From positions 20,116 through 84,115 of the forward strand of contig DATALZ010000016.1 in assembly GCA_036260805.1 (NCBI GenBank): a stretch of 64,000 bases of DNA, written 5' to 3'. The notes under the pieces were generated by a model. It ran no database searches, was not told the DNA's origin, and worked only from the letters and a program-made list of their open reading frames with translations. Of this stretch, positions 10,097 to 19,953 are shown piece by piece. The position numbers were made by a program, and so were the translations under genes. The stretch's first letter is position 1, and the number at the start of each line of letters is the position of its first letter. This DNA comes from Caproicibacter sp. GTDB lineage: Bacteria; Bacillota; Clostridia; Oscillospirales; Acutalibacteraceae.

Positions 10097-11169
10097 AGTC
10101 GGCTCCCTCCCATCAGGCTGATAAATCTATTGAACAAAAAGCCGGTATCAAGCGGCCCCGGAGAAGCTTCCGGATGGAACTGTACCGAGAAAATTTTGCC
10201 GTTTTTATAGTTTAATCCTTCAATGCTGCCATCATTCATACTGATGAAACTGATGTCTGCAACTGAAGGATCAACGGTTTTCCCATCAACCACATAGCCA
10301 TGGTTCTGGGATGTAATATATACTCTGTTTTGGGATAATTCTTTTACCGGATGATTAATGCCCCTGTGGCCATACTTTAATTTATAGGTATCAAATCCCT
10401 GCGCCAAAGCCATAAGCTGGTGGCCGAGGCAGATTGCAAAAGAAGGAACACCATGGGCATAGACGCGTTTCAGCTCGCCAATTTCTTTTTTGCATTCTTT
10501 CGGATCTCCAGGGCCGTTTGTTAACATAATACCGTCCGGTGCAAAGGACATGATTTCTTCAAAGGACGCATCGTGCGGAAAACGCTTAACAGTGCATCCG
10601 CGGGAAACGAGAGAACGTATAATGTTATTCTTCACGCCGTAATCAATCATTGAAACTTTGATCGGTCCGTCACCGTATACTTCAGGTTCTTTGCAGCTTA
10701 CTTCGGAAACCATAGACTTAAGCTGGAATGCCTGAATCTTCTTCTTCATTTCTTCCTGATCAATAGAATCCCCATATGCAATCATACCGCGCATTGTGCC
10801 GCTTTCACGGAGAACCTTAGTCAATGTGCGGGTATCAACACCCTCCACTCCTGGAATCCTGTTATTTTTTAAAAATGTATTCAGATCAACATCGCTGCGG
10901 AAATTACTGGCAACATCGGAAACACGATGAACAATGTATGCAGAAAGCCACGGTTTTACGGATTCCGCATCATCGTAGCAAATGCCATAGTTTCCAATGA
11001 GCGGATATGTCATTACAACACCCTGACCGGCATAGGACGGGTCGGTCAGAAGTTCGGTGTATCCGCACATGGCGCTGTTGAAAACGACTTCACATAGAGT
11101 ATCGCGTTCGCAGCCAAAACCTGTACCTTCAAAGCTCATTCCGTTTTCCAGCATCAGTAACGCTTTCAT
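10093..11169 (-). CDS. carA: Carbamoyl-phosphate synthase small (glutaminase) subunit
   Basis: LTDPSYAGQ, NGPGDP, ICLGHQL, SQNHGY, QFHPEASPGP. Start ATG 11169 preferred; 11184 is possible. Confidence 0.97.
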   Translation of the reverse strand: MKALLMLENGMSFEGTGFGCERDTLCEVVFNSAMCGYTELLTDPSYAGQGVVMTYPLIGNYGICYDDAESVKPWLSAYIVHRVSDVASNFRSDVDLNTFLKNNRIPGVEGVDTRTLTKVLRESGTMRGMIAYGDSIDQEEMKKKIQAFQLKSMVSEVSCKEPEVYGDGPIKVSMIDYGVKNNIIRSLVSRGCTVKRFPHDASFEEIMSFAPDGIMLTNGPGDPKECKKEIGELKRVYAHGVPSFAICLGHQLMALAQGFDTYKLKYGHRGINHPVKELSQNRVYITSQNHGYVVDGKTVDPSVADISFISMNDGSIEGLNYKNGKIFSVQFHPEASPGPLDTGFLFNRFISLMGGSRL

Positions 11170-11213
11170 AGATTCACCAACCATTCTATCATGCAGTTTG
11201 CGAAGAAGCCGTA

Positions 11214-12443
11214 TTACTTCGCAAAAGTTTTCACGATACGCTCCACGGCCTTCAGCGTATTTTCCTTAGTGTTAAAAGATGTCAGGCGGAAATATCCTTC
11301 GCCGCATGTCCCAAAACCGGAACCTGGAGTTCCCACCACGCCGGTTTTTTCAATCAGCAGATCAAAAAAGTCCCACGAGGTCAGTCCTTCTGGAACCTTA
11401 AGCCATACATAAGGCGAATTGACGCCGCCATATACTTCGAATCCGGCTTTCGACAGACCTTCGCGCATAATCTTCGCATTGGCCTGATAATAAGCAATAT
11501 TTTCGAGCACTCCACGCCTGCCTTCTTCGGAATAAACCGCTTCGGCTGCGCGCTGAACCGGGTAAGAGACACCATTCATCTTGGTGGATTGTCTGCGGTC
11601 CCAAAGCTTATTCAGTGATACTCCGCCGAATACAAGGTCTTTGGGAATAATCGTATAGCCACAGCGCACGCCGGTAAATCCTGCAGTTTTGGAAAAGCTG
11701 CGGAATTCAATTGCACACTTTTTGGCACCTGAAAGCTCAAAAATGCTGTGCGGCATATCCGGCTCCGTAATAAATGCTTCGTACGCAGCATCGTAAAGAA
11801 GAACCGCTTTATTCTCCAGAGCATAATCCACCCATTTTTTCAGGCTTTCACGGTCAATGCCCATTCCTGTTGGATTATTCGGGAAGCACAGGTAAATCAT
11901 ATCTGCATGCTGATTCGGAATCTCCGGCAAGAAGTTGTTCTCTTTTTTGCAGGGCATATAAACTATTTTATTAAAGCCCTTTCCTTCGGAATATTCCCCG
12001 GCACGGCCCGACATTACGTTTGTATCTACATACACCGGATAAACCGGGTCGCAGACCGCAACAACATTGTCGGTTCCAAAAATATCACCGATGCTGCCTG
12101 TGTCGCTTTTTGCTCCGTCGCTGACAAAAATTTCGTCAGGCTGAATATCTACGCCTCTGCTTTGGAAATCATTTTTACTGATTGCTTCACGCAGGAACAT
12201 ATAGCCCGCTTCAGGACCATAGCCGCGGAATGTTGCGGCGCTGCCCATTTCTTCGGCGGCTTTCATCATTGCGTCAACAATCGCTTTTGGCAACGGCCTT
12301 GTAACATCACCGATGCCTAACCGAATGATTTCGGTCTCGGGGTGCAGTTCGGAAAATTTCTTTACCCTGTCGGCAATGTCGACAAATAGGTAATTTGCCG
12401 GAAGTTTAGCAAAGTTCTCATTGATTTTCAGCAAATTTTGCAC
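11214..12443 (-). CDS. dapL: LL-diaminopimelate aminotransferase
   Basis: IIRLGIGDVT, SDGAKSD, CFPNNPTG, DAAYEAFI, SFSKTAGFTGVRCG; adjacent to dapF. Confidence 0.95.
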   Translation of the reverse strand: MQNLLKINENFAKLPANYLFVDIADRVKKFSELHPETEIIRLGIGDVTRPLPKAIVDAMMKAAEEMGSAATFRGYGPEAGYMFLREAISKNDFQSRGVDIQPDEIFVSDGAKSDTGSIGDIFGTDNVVAVCDPVYPVYVDTNVMSGRAGEYSEGKGFNKIVYMPCKKENNFLPEIPNQHADMIYLCFPNNPTGMGIDRESLKKWVDYALENKAVLLYDAAYEAFITEPDMPHSIFELSGAKKCAIEFRSFSKTAGFTGVRCGYTIIPKDLVFGGVSLNKLWDRRQSTKMNGVSYPVQRAAEAVYSEEGRRGVLENIAYYQANAKIMREGLSKAGFEVYGGVNSPYVWLKVPEGLTSWDFFDLLIEKTGVVGTPGSGFGTCGEGYFRLTSFNTKENTLKAVERIVKTFAK

Positions 12444-12486
12444 ATTCCCTTCCTCAATAATTCAAAAACACGCATTCCGAACACTT

Positions 12487-12515
12487 ATTATATCAGATTT
12501 CGACGGATCCGTCAA
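12487..12515 (-). promoter_or_regulatory. Internal sigma-A-type promoter upstream of dapL
   Basis: TTGACG (12515-12510) - 17 bp - TATAAT (12492-12487); the -35 lies inside the dapF 3' end. Confidence 0.6.
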
Positions 12516-13326
12516 AGGAAAATTCAGCGGGACCTTTCATAAATACATCGCCGGACTTTTCATCCCAGCAAATTTTCAGATCACCGCCCAAAAGATGAAC
12601 TAAAACATTTCTGCCGGTCTTCCCATTCAGAAAACAGGCCACGGCCGCTGCACAGGTTCCAGTTCCGCATGCAAGGGTTTCCCCGGAGCCGCGTTCCCAA
12701 ACACGCATTTTTACTTCATCCTGACCGACGAGCTGTATGAATTCGGTATTCACACGCTGCGGAAATGCAGGATGGTGCTCAAATTTCGGGCCAATTTCCG
12801 CAATAGGAAGATCATCCGTATTGTCAACAAAAAGAACACAATGCGGGTTTCCCATGGAAAGACAGGTTACATGGTATTCTTTTCCGTCAACAAGAAGCGG
12901 TTCGTTTACAACTTTCTCTTTTATAAAGTCCGCCGGAATCTGATCGGGTTCAAAAATCGGCTTTCCCATGTTAACTTCCAGCTCTTTGACTTTTCCGTTT
13001 TCTACTGAGAGGTACAGCGTTTTAATTCCGCTCAGTGTTTCTACCGTAAGAACATCTTTACGGGCAATTCCGCGCTCGTAAACATATTTGCCGACACAGC
13101 GTATCCCGTTCCCGCACATCATGCCTCTTGAACCGTCTGCATTATACATATCCATTTTACAATCTGCAACCTCGGAAGGCTCAATCAGGATTACCCCATC
13201 CGAACCGATGCCAAAATGGCGGTCGCTCAATCGAATGGAGAGTGCCGACGGGTCTTTCACCGTCTCTTCAAAACAGTTAATATATACATAATCGTTCCCA
13301 ATGCCCTGCATCTTCGTAAATTTCAT
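12493..13326 (-). CDS. dapF: Diaminopimelate epimerase
   Basis: KMQGIGNDY, NADGS..MCGNGIRC, MGNPH, WERGSGETLACGTG. Confidence 0.97.
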   Translation of the reverse strand: MKFTKMQGIGNDYVYINCFEETVKDPSALSIRLSDRHFGIGSDGVILIEPSEVADCKMDMYNADGSRGMMCGNGIRCVGKYVYERGIARKDVLTVETLSGIKTLYLSVENGKVKELEVNMGKPIFEPDQIPADFIKEKVVNEPLLVDGKEYHVTCLSMGNPHCVLFVDNTDDLPIAEIGPKFEHHPAFPQRVNTEFIQLVGQDEVKMRVWERGSGETLACGTGTCAAAVACFLNGKTGRNVLVHLLGGDLKICWDEKSGDVFMKGPAEFSFDGSVEI

Positions 13327-13338
13327 AAAAATGCCCCC

Positions 13339-13881
13339 TTACGAGTTCAGGATGATCATCGCGGTTTCCACCATCTTTTTCCCTGTGTCCATACTCTTTT
13401 TCTGAATCAGCCTGTGAGCCTGTGGCTCAGTAAGATTATTCCTGCTGATAAGCAGATTTTTTGCTTTTAGAATGATCTGCTTTTCATCATAATTGCCGTT
13501 CTCAATTTTCTTCTTAATTGATAAGGGAGTATAATCCGACACATTCAGGAACATGTTGACAGTTGAAATCAGACTCATGCGGTTAATTGGCAACATCAGG
13601 CTTGCATATTCGATTGATTCGCTCATCCCCGCCAGTTGAGGGCTGACAAGAAATAAAAAATCATAACTCGGCCCAATCACACGCGGAAGATTTACCGCCG
13701 GCATATCCTTCAGTTTTACGCTGCATACAACAACTCCACCGTGATAATGCTTGTTGGTAAAATCCATGAGCTGTGCGCCGCTGACGCAGATACCGCCGAT
13801 ATAAAGTCCGCTGGAATGTAAAACAGATGCAATTTTTTTCGCATAATCCGGATTCGAATTCGCTACGACAATGCTGCTCAT
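13339..13881 (-). CDS. ANTAR-domain transcription antiterminator with degenerate receiver domain (NitR-like)
   Basis: C-terminal IILKAKNLLISRNNLTEPQAHRLIQKKSMDTGKKMVETA matches the ANTAR pattern. The N-terminal REC-like region lacks canonical Asp/Lys residues. Lies directly downstream of glnA. Confidence 0.9.
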   Translation of the reverse strand: MSSIVVANSNPDYAKKIASVLHSSGLYIGGICVSGAQLMDFTNKHYHGGVVVCSVKLKDMPAVNLPRVIGPSYDFLFLVSPQLAGMSESIEYASLMLPINRMSLISTVNMFLNVSDYTPLSIKKKIENGNYDEKQIILKAKNLLISRNNLTEPQAHRLIQKKSMDTGKKMVETAMIILNS

Positions 13882-13908
13882 ACTATAACCCCATGTCCAG
13901 GAATAACA

Positions 13909-15240
13909 TTAAAATTTATTCAGATAGTGTTCCAGTTCCCATTCCGTCACTGTTGTGGAATATTCGCTCCACTCTTTTTCTTTCGCTTGGACGTATTTAC
14001 TGAAAACATGACTGCCAAGAGTTTCTTTGACAAAGGGATCTGCTTTCATTTCGTATAAAGCAGTATCTAATTCCTGCGGAAGACTTTCGATTTGATATTC
14101 TTTTCTTTCTTTTTCATCAATATCATAAATATTTGCCGATACTGCAGGCAGAGGCTGCAGATTGTTTTCAATTCCGTCGAGCCCGGCCGCCAGCAGCAGC
14201 GCAAAACTCAGGTAAGGATTGCTTGCGGGATCAGGGCTGCGAAGTTCCGCGCGTGTTCCGGCTCCGCGCGAGGCGGGAATACGAATTAAAGCGCTTCGGT
14301 TGCTCAAAGTCCATGCGATATAGCATGGCGCTTCAAATCCTGGAATCAACCGCTTATAGGAATTTACAAGTGGATTCGTAACAGCGCAAATTCCTTTAAT
14401 ATGTTTCATTACTCCGGCAATAAAATTCAAACCGATTTGGCTTAGCCCGGTCTCACTGGACGGGTTATAAAACGCATTTTCACCGTTTCGGAACAGAGAC
14501 ATATTAATGTGCAGACCGGAACCCGCACGATTTTCTATCGGTTTCGGCATAAAAGTAGCGCAAAGGCCATTCGCTTCCGCACATGTTTTTACGACCAGCT
14601 TAAAGGTAAGAAGATTATCGGCTGCCGAAAGGGCTTCACTGTATTTAAAATCAATTTCATGCTGAGCGAACGCAACCTCATGATGCGATGCTTCAATCTC
14701 GAATCCCATTTCTTCGAGATTCAAGCAGATATCGCGGCGGCAACTTTCCCCAAGGTCTGACGGGCCAAGATCAAAATACCCGGCGGTGTCATGAGTGACC
14801 GTGGTTGGATGCCCGAACTCATCCGTATTAAACAGGAAAAATTCACATTCCGGACCAACGTTAAAAGAATATCCCATGCCGGAAGCCCGTTTAAGTGTTT
14901 TACGCAGAATATAGCGCGGATCCCCCTCAAAAGGTTCACCGTTAGGCAAATAAATGTCGCAGATCAGTCTGGCGATACGACCGTTCTGCGTATTCCACGG
15001 AAATATGGCGAAGGAATCAAGATCCGGATGAAGATACATGTCGGATTCTTCTATACGGACAAATCCTTCAATGGAAGAACCGTCGAACATACACTTGTTA
15101 TCCAGAGCTTTTTCCAGCTGACAGGGCGTAATTGTTACATTTTTCAGCGTTCCAAGAATATCTGTAAACTGCAGACGAATAAACTTAACGTCCTCTTCCT
15201 CTACGATGCGTATGATATCTTCCTTTGTATATTTAGCCAA
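13909..15240 (-). CDS. glnA: Glutamine synthetase type I
   Basis: [56 protein letters not shown]; TTG start after GAGGAGG. Confidence 0.98.
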   Translation of the reverse strand: MAKYTKEDIIRIVEEEDVKFIRLQFTDILGTLKNVTITPCQLEKALDNKCMFDGSSIEGFVRIEESDMYLHPDLDSFAIFPWNTQNGRIARLICDIYLPNGEPFEGDPRYILRKTLKRASGMGYSFNVGPECEFFLFNTDEFGHPTTVTHDTAGYFDLGPSDLGESCRRDICLNLEEMGFEIEASHHEVAFAQHEIDFKYSEALSAADNLLTFKLVVKTCAEANGLCATFMPKPIENRAGSGLHINMSLFRNGENAFYNPSSETGLSQIGLNFIAGVMKHIKGICAVTNPLVNSYKRLIPGFEAPCYIAWTLSNRSALIRIPASRGAGTRAELRSPDPASNPYLSFALLLAAGLDGIENNLQPLPAVSANIYDIDEKERKEYQIESLPQELDTALYEMKADPFVKETLGSHVFSKYVQAKEKEWSEYSTTVTEWELEHYLNKF

Positions 15241-15254
15241 ACCGATACCTCCTC

Positions 15255-15299
15255 AAAAAAATAATAACAAGGACTCTAAAATTTTGCCTCCTTGTTATT
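15255..15299 (-). terminator. Leader terminator (attenuator) between the promoter and the glnA RBS
   Basis: 11-bp stem AATAACAAGGA / TCCTTGTTATT followed by A and T7, immediately before the RBS. Confidence 0.75.
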
Positions 15300-15321
15300 G
15301 TTGTTTTGATCTATCTTTTTC

Positions 15322-15350
15322 ATTTTATTCTTTTTCAATAGCGGTGTCAA
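15322..15350 (-). promoter_or_regulatory. Sigma-A promoter of glnA
   Basis: TTGACA (15350-15345) - 17 bp - TAAAAT (15327-15322). Confidence 0.8.
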
Positions 15351-15593
15351 TCGCTTTTTGGCGCATGCCTTCTGCTTCGGATACAGATTGAAAGCTGAAA
15401 TAATTTAGCATTTACTTTTGTGCTTTAACAATGTAAAGTTTCAATGGCATAAAATAAACTTTTTTAAGTTTTTAAGCGACTATACTAAATTTAGTACGGT
15501 AAACAAGTCCGAGAATAACAGTATTTCCAGAATTGATATAATTTATAATTGATGAGCGGCTTCTGCAAATCAAAAGCCGCTCAATCCTCAATT

Positions 15594-18260
15594 TTACATA
15601 CAATAAACAACTAAAGAGAAAATATAAACCGCTGCAAATGTTAAAACACAAAGCAAGCAAAAAGCAACACTCGCGGGAGTTTCCAAGAAATGAAGCTTAT
15701 CTATTTTTCTGCTTTTTACACCGAAAAATAGCAAAAGCAGGAAAAGTACTCCTAAAACAGTCAGCGCCAGCCCTTGCCAGAATCCCTGCGGAACGCAGGA
15801 AACAGATACCTGATTGAACCCTTTCTTTAGTTTTACAGCCATAAAGGTATCAAAGACACAGGATATCTGCGCAGGCGATCCGTTAACAGACGCAGTGTAA
15901 CCGCTGTTATAATTGATCGGAAGGAAAAGGTAATCATCATCCGAATCCGCCGAAACCGTTCCGATGATTGAATTACCGGATTGTTTTAATGAAGCCTTGG
16001 CAGTCTGATTTACTGCAGACGACAGGACATCATCCTTAAGCCCGGCGATTCCAAAGGACTTTTCATATACATCCCGCAGGATCCCAATTTCAACGTTTAC
16101 CGTCTGATTTGAGTAGGTTCCGAGATTCACAAGGCCGTTATTAGGCTGAGTCGGGTATTGAATATCGAGAATTTTTCCGTTTACAGTTATGGAAAAGCTG
16201 GAATTGATATGTTCATAGAGCTTATTCGTCAGCTGGTCAAAACAGTCGAAATACAAGGTCTGGGTACCGCTGACTGGTATTTTATATGAGATCGTGCCTT
16301 CATAATTCTGATCTTGGATTGCGATCTGGTAATCATCATTTTTTGTTAAAGTAACATTATCCAGAGATGTAGGCTGGTATTGATTGAAAAGCTGCCGGCT
16401 GGTTGAGTACACTGATTGGAATAAATACTGCTGCGTTAGTAAACGAGTTGTTTCCGGCAGATTTTTCAGGCTTTCAATATTGCTGGATTTCATTACAATA
16501 CCAACAGGAAGCGCCATTTCGTTTTTGACAATCGAGTAAAGGCCGTTGCCATAAACCGGTTTCGTATTTTTTGTAAGGTGGTCGGTTTTTGTCACAGTAT
16601 ATTTATTTCCAAGAATTGCGTCGGTCAGCTTCGTACCACCGTTGGAATTGACTTCCATCCAGTATGAAGAATAACCCAGCTTTTTCATAGCAAACATATA
16701 ATTTTTCGACGTTAAGGAAGTATAGTGGCTTAGTGAATTATACCCCATACTTCCCATTAAATTAACGTCAAAGTACTTTTCATCCATCTTAACCCTGTAC
16801 AAAGTGTCATCCTGTATTTTTTCACTTAAATCTAAAATAGGACTGTAGTACTGTGCATTGTTTTTCGCCGAAGCGATATAAATATTAGAATAAAAGGAAG
16901 CTTCCACGATTGTAACCGCACAGAGTAAAATTGAAAATATCGTTCGGGTAATTCTGCGGTAATGGTAAAGCAGGAGTAAAATCATATATGCAAATGAAAC
17001 GGAAACAGCAAAAAGCAAAAGCTGACGAAAACTTGAGGAATCGCCCCATAGGGTTCGTGTGTAGGATGTTACGCTTTCGAAATCGAACTTAACAATTACG
17101 CTTGCACAAAAGATAATTGCAATTACAGCGAATATTGCTGCTCCAATCGATGTATATGAGAAACTTCTTTGCTGCAGATTATCGTTTTCCCTGTTTATGG
17201 CGGAAATTACAACCGCAAAAAGAATCAGACCAAGAAAAATCAGAATATATCCGTAGCGTACCGGAAAGGACTGATAGCTTCCGGTCTGCCACATTTTATT
17301 GACCGGTTCCAGAAATACGGGAACCAGCATCAGGCATAGTATGCAAAAGAGCCACCGAACCCTTTTATCCTGGTATTTCTTCAAAACAATTGCCATGATA
17401 ACCGCAGCCGCTATGGCCCCGGTGCATAGAACAACAGCAACGGTAGTATCCAGCCTTGACAGCAGACCGCCGGAACGAAGGCTTGATATTACATCGCCCG
17501 TGCGGGCGGATGCCAGATACTGAAGCAGGGAAGGCATCCATACAACTCCGGTAAGCAGACCCGATACGATGGTAGACAGGCCAAACAGTAAGATGCGTGG
17601 GCGGCGGTCCTGCTTCGGCACACAAATCAATAGATATGTCCCAAATGCCAGAATCAGGAAGATCGTAACCATATAGGTCAGGTAAAAGTTCACCGTCAAA
17701 ATTGCTGCAAAAGTTAAGGTGTAGAACAGAACTTTTTTCTCATCAATGAGTTTTTCAAGTCCGACAAGCAACAGAGGAAACAAATACATAATATCCAGCC
17801 AGACAATGTTCTGGTAATAAAACATGGTATATCCGCAAAAAGCATACATAACAGAAAGGGCGCTCGTCTGCAGGAAGGTAAGATTCGAGAATCTGCGGTT
17901 GAAATAATAGCTCGCCGTTAACGAGCAGGTCATCATTTTGAGAATAAGCAGCAGATTCACATAAAGGTACATCTGAGCTTTATCAACGAAGATTACAAGG
18001 AACGAAAAAGGACTGCTGATAAAGAACAGGAATACTCCCCAGAAACTCATTCCGCCCGCGTTCTGCAGATTCAGAAACATATTTGCCTTGCCGGTAAGAA
18101 TATTCTTTAAATCCATCAGGAACGGAATAACCTGTTGATTCATGTCGCACCATGAAATTGTACCGGTACCAAACGGGAACAAGCCATAGGCCGCATATAC
18201 GGAAAGCATGACTGTCAAAACGAGAACCGGTGCCGCCCAGTAGCTGTGTTTTTTCGCCAT
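15594..18260 (-). CDS. YfhO-family polytopic membrane protein (putative GT-C glycosyltransferase)
   Basis: 888 aa with many TM segments; N-terminal DMNQQVIPF, SSPFS, YAFCGY, WLD..YLFPL; C-terminal LPINYNSGYTASVNG resembles the YfhO family. Confidence 0.8.
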   Translation of the reverse strand: MAKKHSYWAAPVLVLTVMLSVYAAYGLFPFGTGTISWCDMNQQVIPFLMDLKNILTGKANMFLNLQNAGGMSFWGVFLFFISSPFSFLVIFVDKAQMYLYVNLLLILKMMTCSLTASYYFNRRFSNLTFLQTSALSVMYAFCGYTMFYYQNIVWLDIMYLFPLLLVGLEKLIDEKKVLFYTLTFAAILTVNFYLTYMVTIFLILAFGTYLLICVPKQDRRPRILLFGLSTIVSGLLTGVVWMPSLLQYLASARTGDVISSLRSGGLLSRLDTTVAVVLCTGAIAAAVIMAIVLKKYQDKRVRWLFCILCLMLVPVFLEPVNKMWQTGSYQSFPVRYGYILIFLGLILFAVVISAINRENDNLQQRSFSYTSIGAAIFAVIAIIFCASVIVKFDFESVTSYTRTLWGDSSSFRQLLLFAVSVSFAYMILLLLYHYRRITRTIFSILLCAVTIVEASFYSNIYIASAKNNAQYYSPILDLSEKIQDDTLYRVKMDEKYFDVNLMGSMGYNSLSHYTSLTSKNYMFAMKKLGYSSYWMEVNSNGGTKLTDAILGNKYTVTKTDHLTKNTKPVYGNGLYSIVKNEMALPVGIVMKSSNIESLKNLPETTRLLTQQYLFQSVYSTSRQLFNQYQPTSLDNVTLTKNDDYQIAIQDQNYEGTISYKIPVSGTQTLYFDCFDQLTNKLYEHINSSFSITVNGKILDIQYPTQPNNGLVNLGTYSNQTVNVEIGILRDVYEKSFGIAGLKDDVLSSAVNQTAKASLKQSGNSIIGTVSADSDDDYLFLPINYNSGYTASVNGSPAQISCVFDTFMAVKLKKGFNQVSVSCVPQGFWQGLALTVLGVLFLLLLFFGVKSRKIDKLHFLETPASVAFCLLCVLTFAAVYIFSLVVYCM

Positions 18261-18308
18261 GAAGTGATTTCCTCCCTGTTTTAGCCTGAACTTACTTTTC
18301 GCAGATTT

Positions 18309-18355
18309 AAAAAACCGCAGGCAGCCTGCCGGAAAAGAAACAGCGGGCTGCCTGC
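18309..18355 (-). terminator. Intrinsic terminator after tyrS
   Basis: GCAGGCAGCCCGC...GCAGGCTGCCTGC stem followed by GGTTTTTT. Confidence 0.75.
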
Positions 18356-18387
18356 CAAGACTTGGGCCTCGTTTGAAAAATCAAGGC

Positions 18388-19626
18388 CTAGCCAACTAAA
18401 ATAATCTTATGGAATACTTTTTTGCCTTTTTTAATGACAATATATTTTTTGTCCTGTTTCTCGAAATTCGCTGCCGTCAGGACATCACCGGGCTGTTCCA
18501 CTTTTTCGCCGTCCACGGCGATCCCGCCCTGTGCTACAAGACGCTTCGCCTCCGCCCTGGAAGGCGCTAGCTTTGTTTTGACAAGCAGGTCAAGAATCCC
18601 GATTTCACCATTGGTAAAATCAGAAGCTGCTATCTCGGAAGAGGGCATATTGTCCGTGTCAGCGCCTTTTCCAAAAATGGCACGTGCTGCACTACGGGCT
18701 TTTTCAGCTTCCTCTTCCCCATGAATCTGCTTTGTAACTTCGTAAGCGAGCAATTCCTTTGCATCATTCATCTGCTGACCTTCCAGATTTGCAAATTCTT
18801 CAATCTGCTTCATTGGTACAAAGGTCAGGATTTTCAGGCAGTTTACAACATCAGCGTCGCCGACATTGCGCCAGTACTGATAAAAATCAAACGGAGTTGT
18901 TTTCTCCGGATCAAGCCAAACGGCGCCTTTTTCCGTCTTACCCATCTTTTTGCCCTCGCTGTTGGTCAGCAGGGACATGGTAAGGCCGTACGCTTCTTCA
19001 TTCTCCTTGCGGCGAATCAGTTCCACACCGCCAAGGATATTGCTCCACTGGTCATCTCCGCCGAGTTCCAAGCGGCAGCCAAAACGGCGGTACAGCTCAA
19101 GAAAGTCGTAGCTTTGCATAACCATATAGTTCATTTCAAAGAAGGAAAGGCCGCGTTCCAAACGCTGTTTGTAGCATTCCGCCGCAAGCATACGGTTGAC
19201 GGAGAAACAGACCCCGATGTCACGCAGAAACTCGATATAGTTCAGATTTGAAAGCCAGTCCGCATTGTTAGCCATAATCGCTTTACCGTCTGAAAAATCG
19301 ACAAGCCGAGACATTTGCTTCTGGAAACAGGAAATATTATGCGCAATTTCCTCTTTACTGAGCATTTTACGCATATCCGTTTTGCCGGTTGGGTCACCGA
19401 CCATACCCGTTCCGCCGCCGAACAGCATGATTGGCGTGTGCCCTGCACGCTGCAGATGCGCAGCCACCATGATCGGGATAAAGTGCCCGACATGCAGGCT
19501 GTCTGCTGTGGGGTCAAACCCGATGTAAAATGTTGTTTTTTGATTGTTCAGGAGATCGCGGATCTTCTCCTCGTCCGTGGTCTGTGCAATCAGGCCGCGC
19601 TCCTTCAGTTCTTCGAATACTCCCAT
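18388..19626 (-). CDS. tyrS: Tyrosine--tRNA ligase
   Basis: [29 protein letters not shown]-terminal S4 domain. True start ATG 19626 after GGAGG; the ORF-track extension runs through the T-box. Confidence 0.98.
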   Translation of the reverse strand: MGVFEELKERGLIAQTTDEEKIRDLLNNQKTTFYIGFDPTADSLHVGHFIPIMVAAHLQRAGHTPIMLFGGGTGMVGDPTGKTDMRKMLSKEEIAHNISCFQKQMSRLVDFSDGKAIMANNADWLSNLNYIEFLRDIGVCFSVNRMLAAECYKQRLERGLSFFEMNYMVMQSYDFLELYRRFGCRLELGGDDQWSNILGGVELIRRKENEEAYGLTMSLLTNSEGKKMGKTEKGAVWLDPEKTTPFDFYQYWRNVGDADVVNCLKILTFVPMKQIEEFANLEGQQMNDAKELLAYEVTKQIHGEEEAEKARSAARAIFGKGADTDNMPSSEIAASDFTNGEIGILDLLVKTKLAPSRAEAKRLVAQGGIAVDGEKVEQPGDVLTAANFEKQDKKYIVIKKGKKVFHKIILVG

Positions 19627-19659
19627 TTTTCTTCCTCCAATTTTCTGCAGGAAGCTATG

Positions 19660-19915
19660 AAAAACGCCCCCTGCCAAATGTGCAGAGGGCGGATAATACC
19701 GCGGTACCACCTCAGTTTGCTGCAGCCTCACGGCAACAGCCTTAACGGGTACGAATCCATACCCTTGCGCTGTAACGTGCGCAGACGGCCGGGTTTACTG
19801 AATATTTTCGACCCGACGGCTCCGGGATGTATTTCTGCCGGATTCCGTACCCGCTTGCACCAAACGCGGGTTCTCTTCGCCGGAATATACGGCTTACTTC
19901 TTCCCTTCATCGCTG
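19660..19915 (-). ncRNA. T-box riboswitch (Tyr specifier)
   Basis: AGAGA and GGTG boxes in stem I; specifier loop GAAA-TAC-ATC (TAC = Tyr, 19831-19829); T-box AACTGAGGTGGTACCGCG (to 19700); terminator CGCCCTCTGC...GCAGGGGGCG-TTTTT. Confidence 0.95.
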
Positions 19916-19923
19916 ATTAAATT

Positions 19924-19953
19924 ATTATATGCACATTTAAGCCATTCTGTCAA
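19924..19953 (-). promoter_or_regulatory. Sigma-A promoter of the tyrS leader
   Basis: TTGACA - 18 bp - TATAAT immediately upstream of the T-box. Confidence 0.75.

Noticed and set aside
15400-15450. GlnR/TnrA box upstream of glnA
   Set aside because: No TGTNA-N7-TNACA match was found; only a short CTTTA-N6-TAAAG repeat in AT-rich DNA.
19627-19731. 35-aa N-terminal extension of TyrS in the ORF track
   Set aside because: It is the T-box antiterminator/terminator read in frame; the RBS supports ATG 19626.
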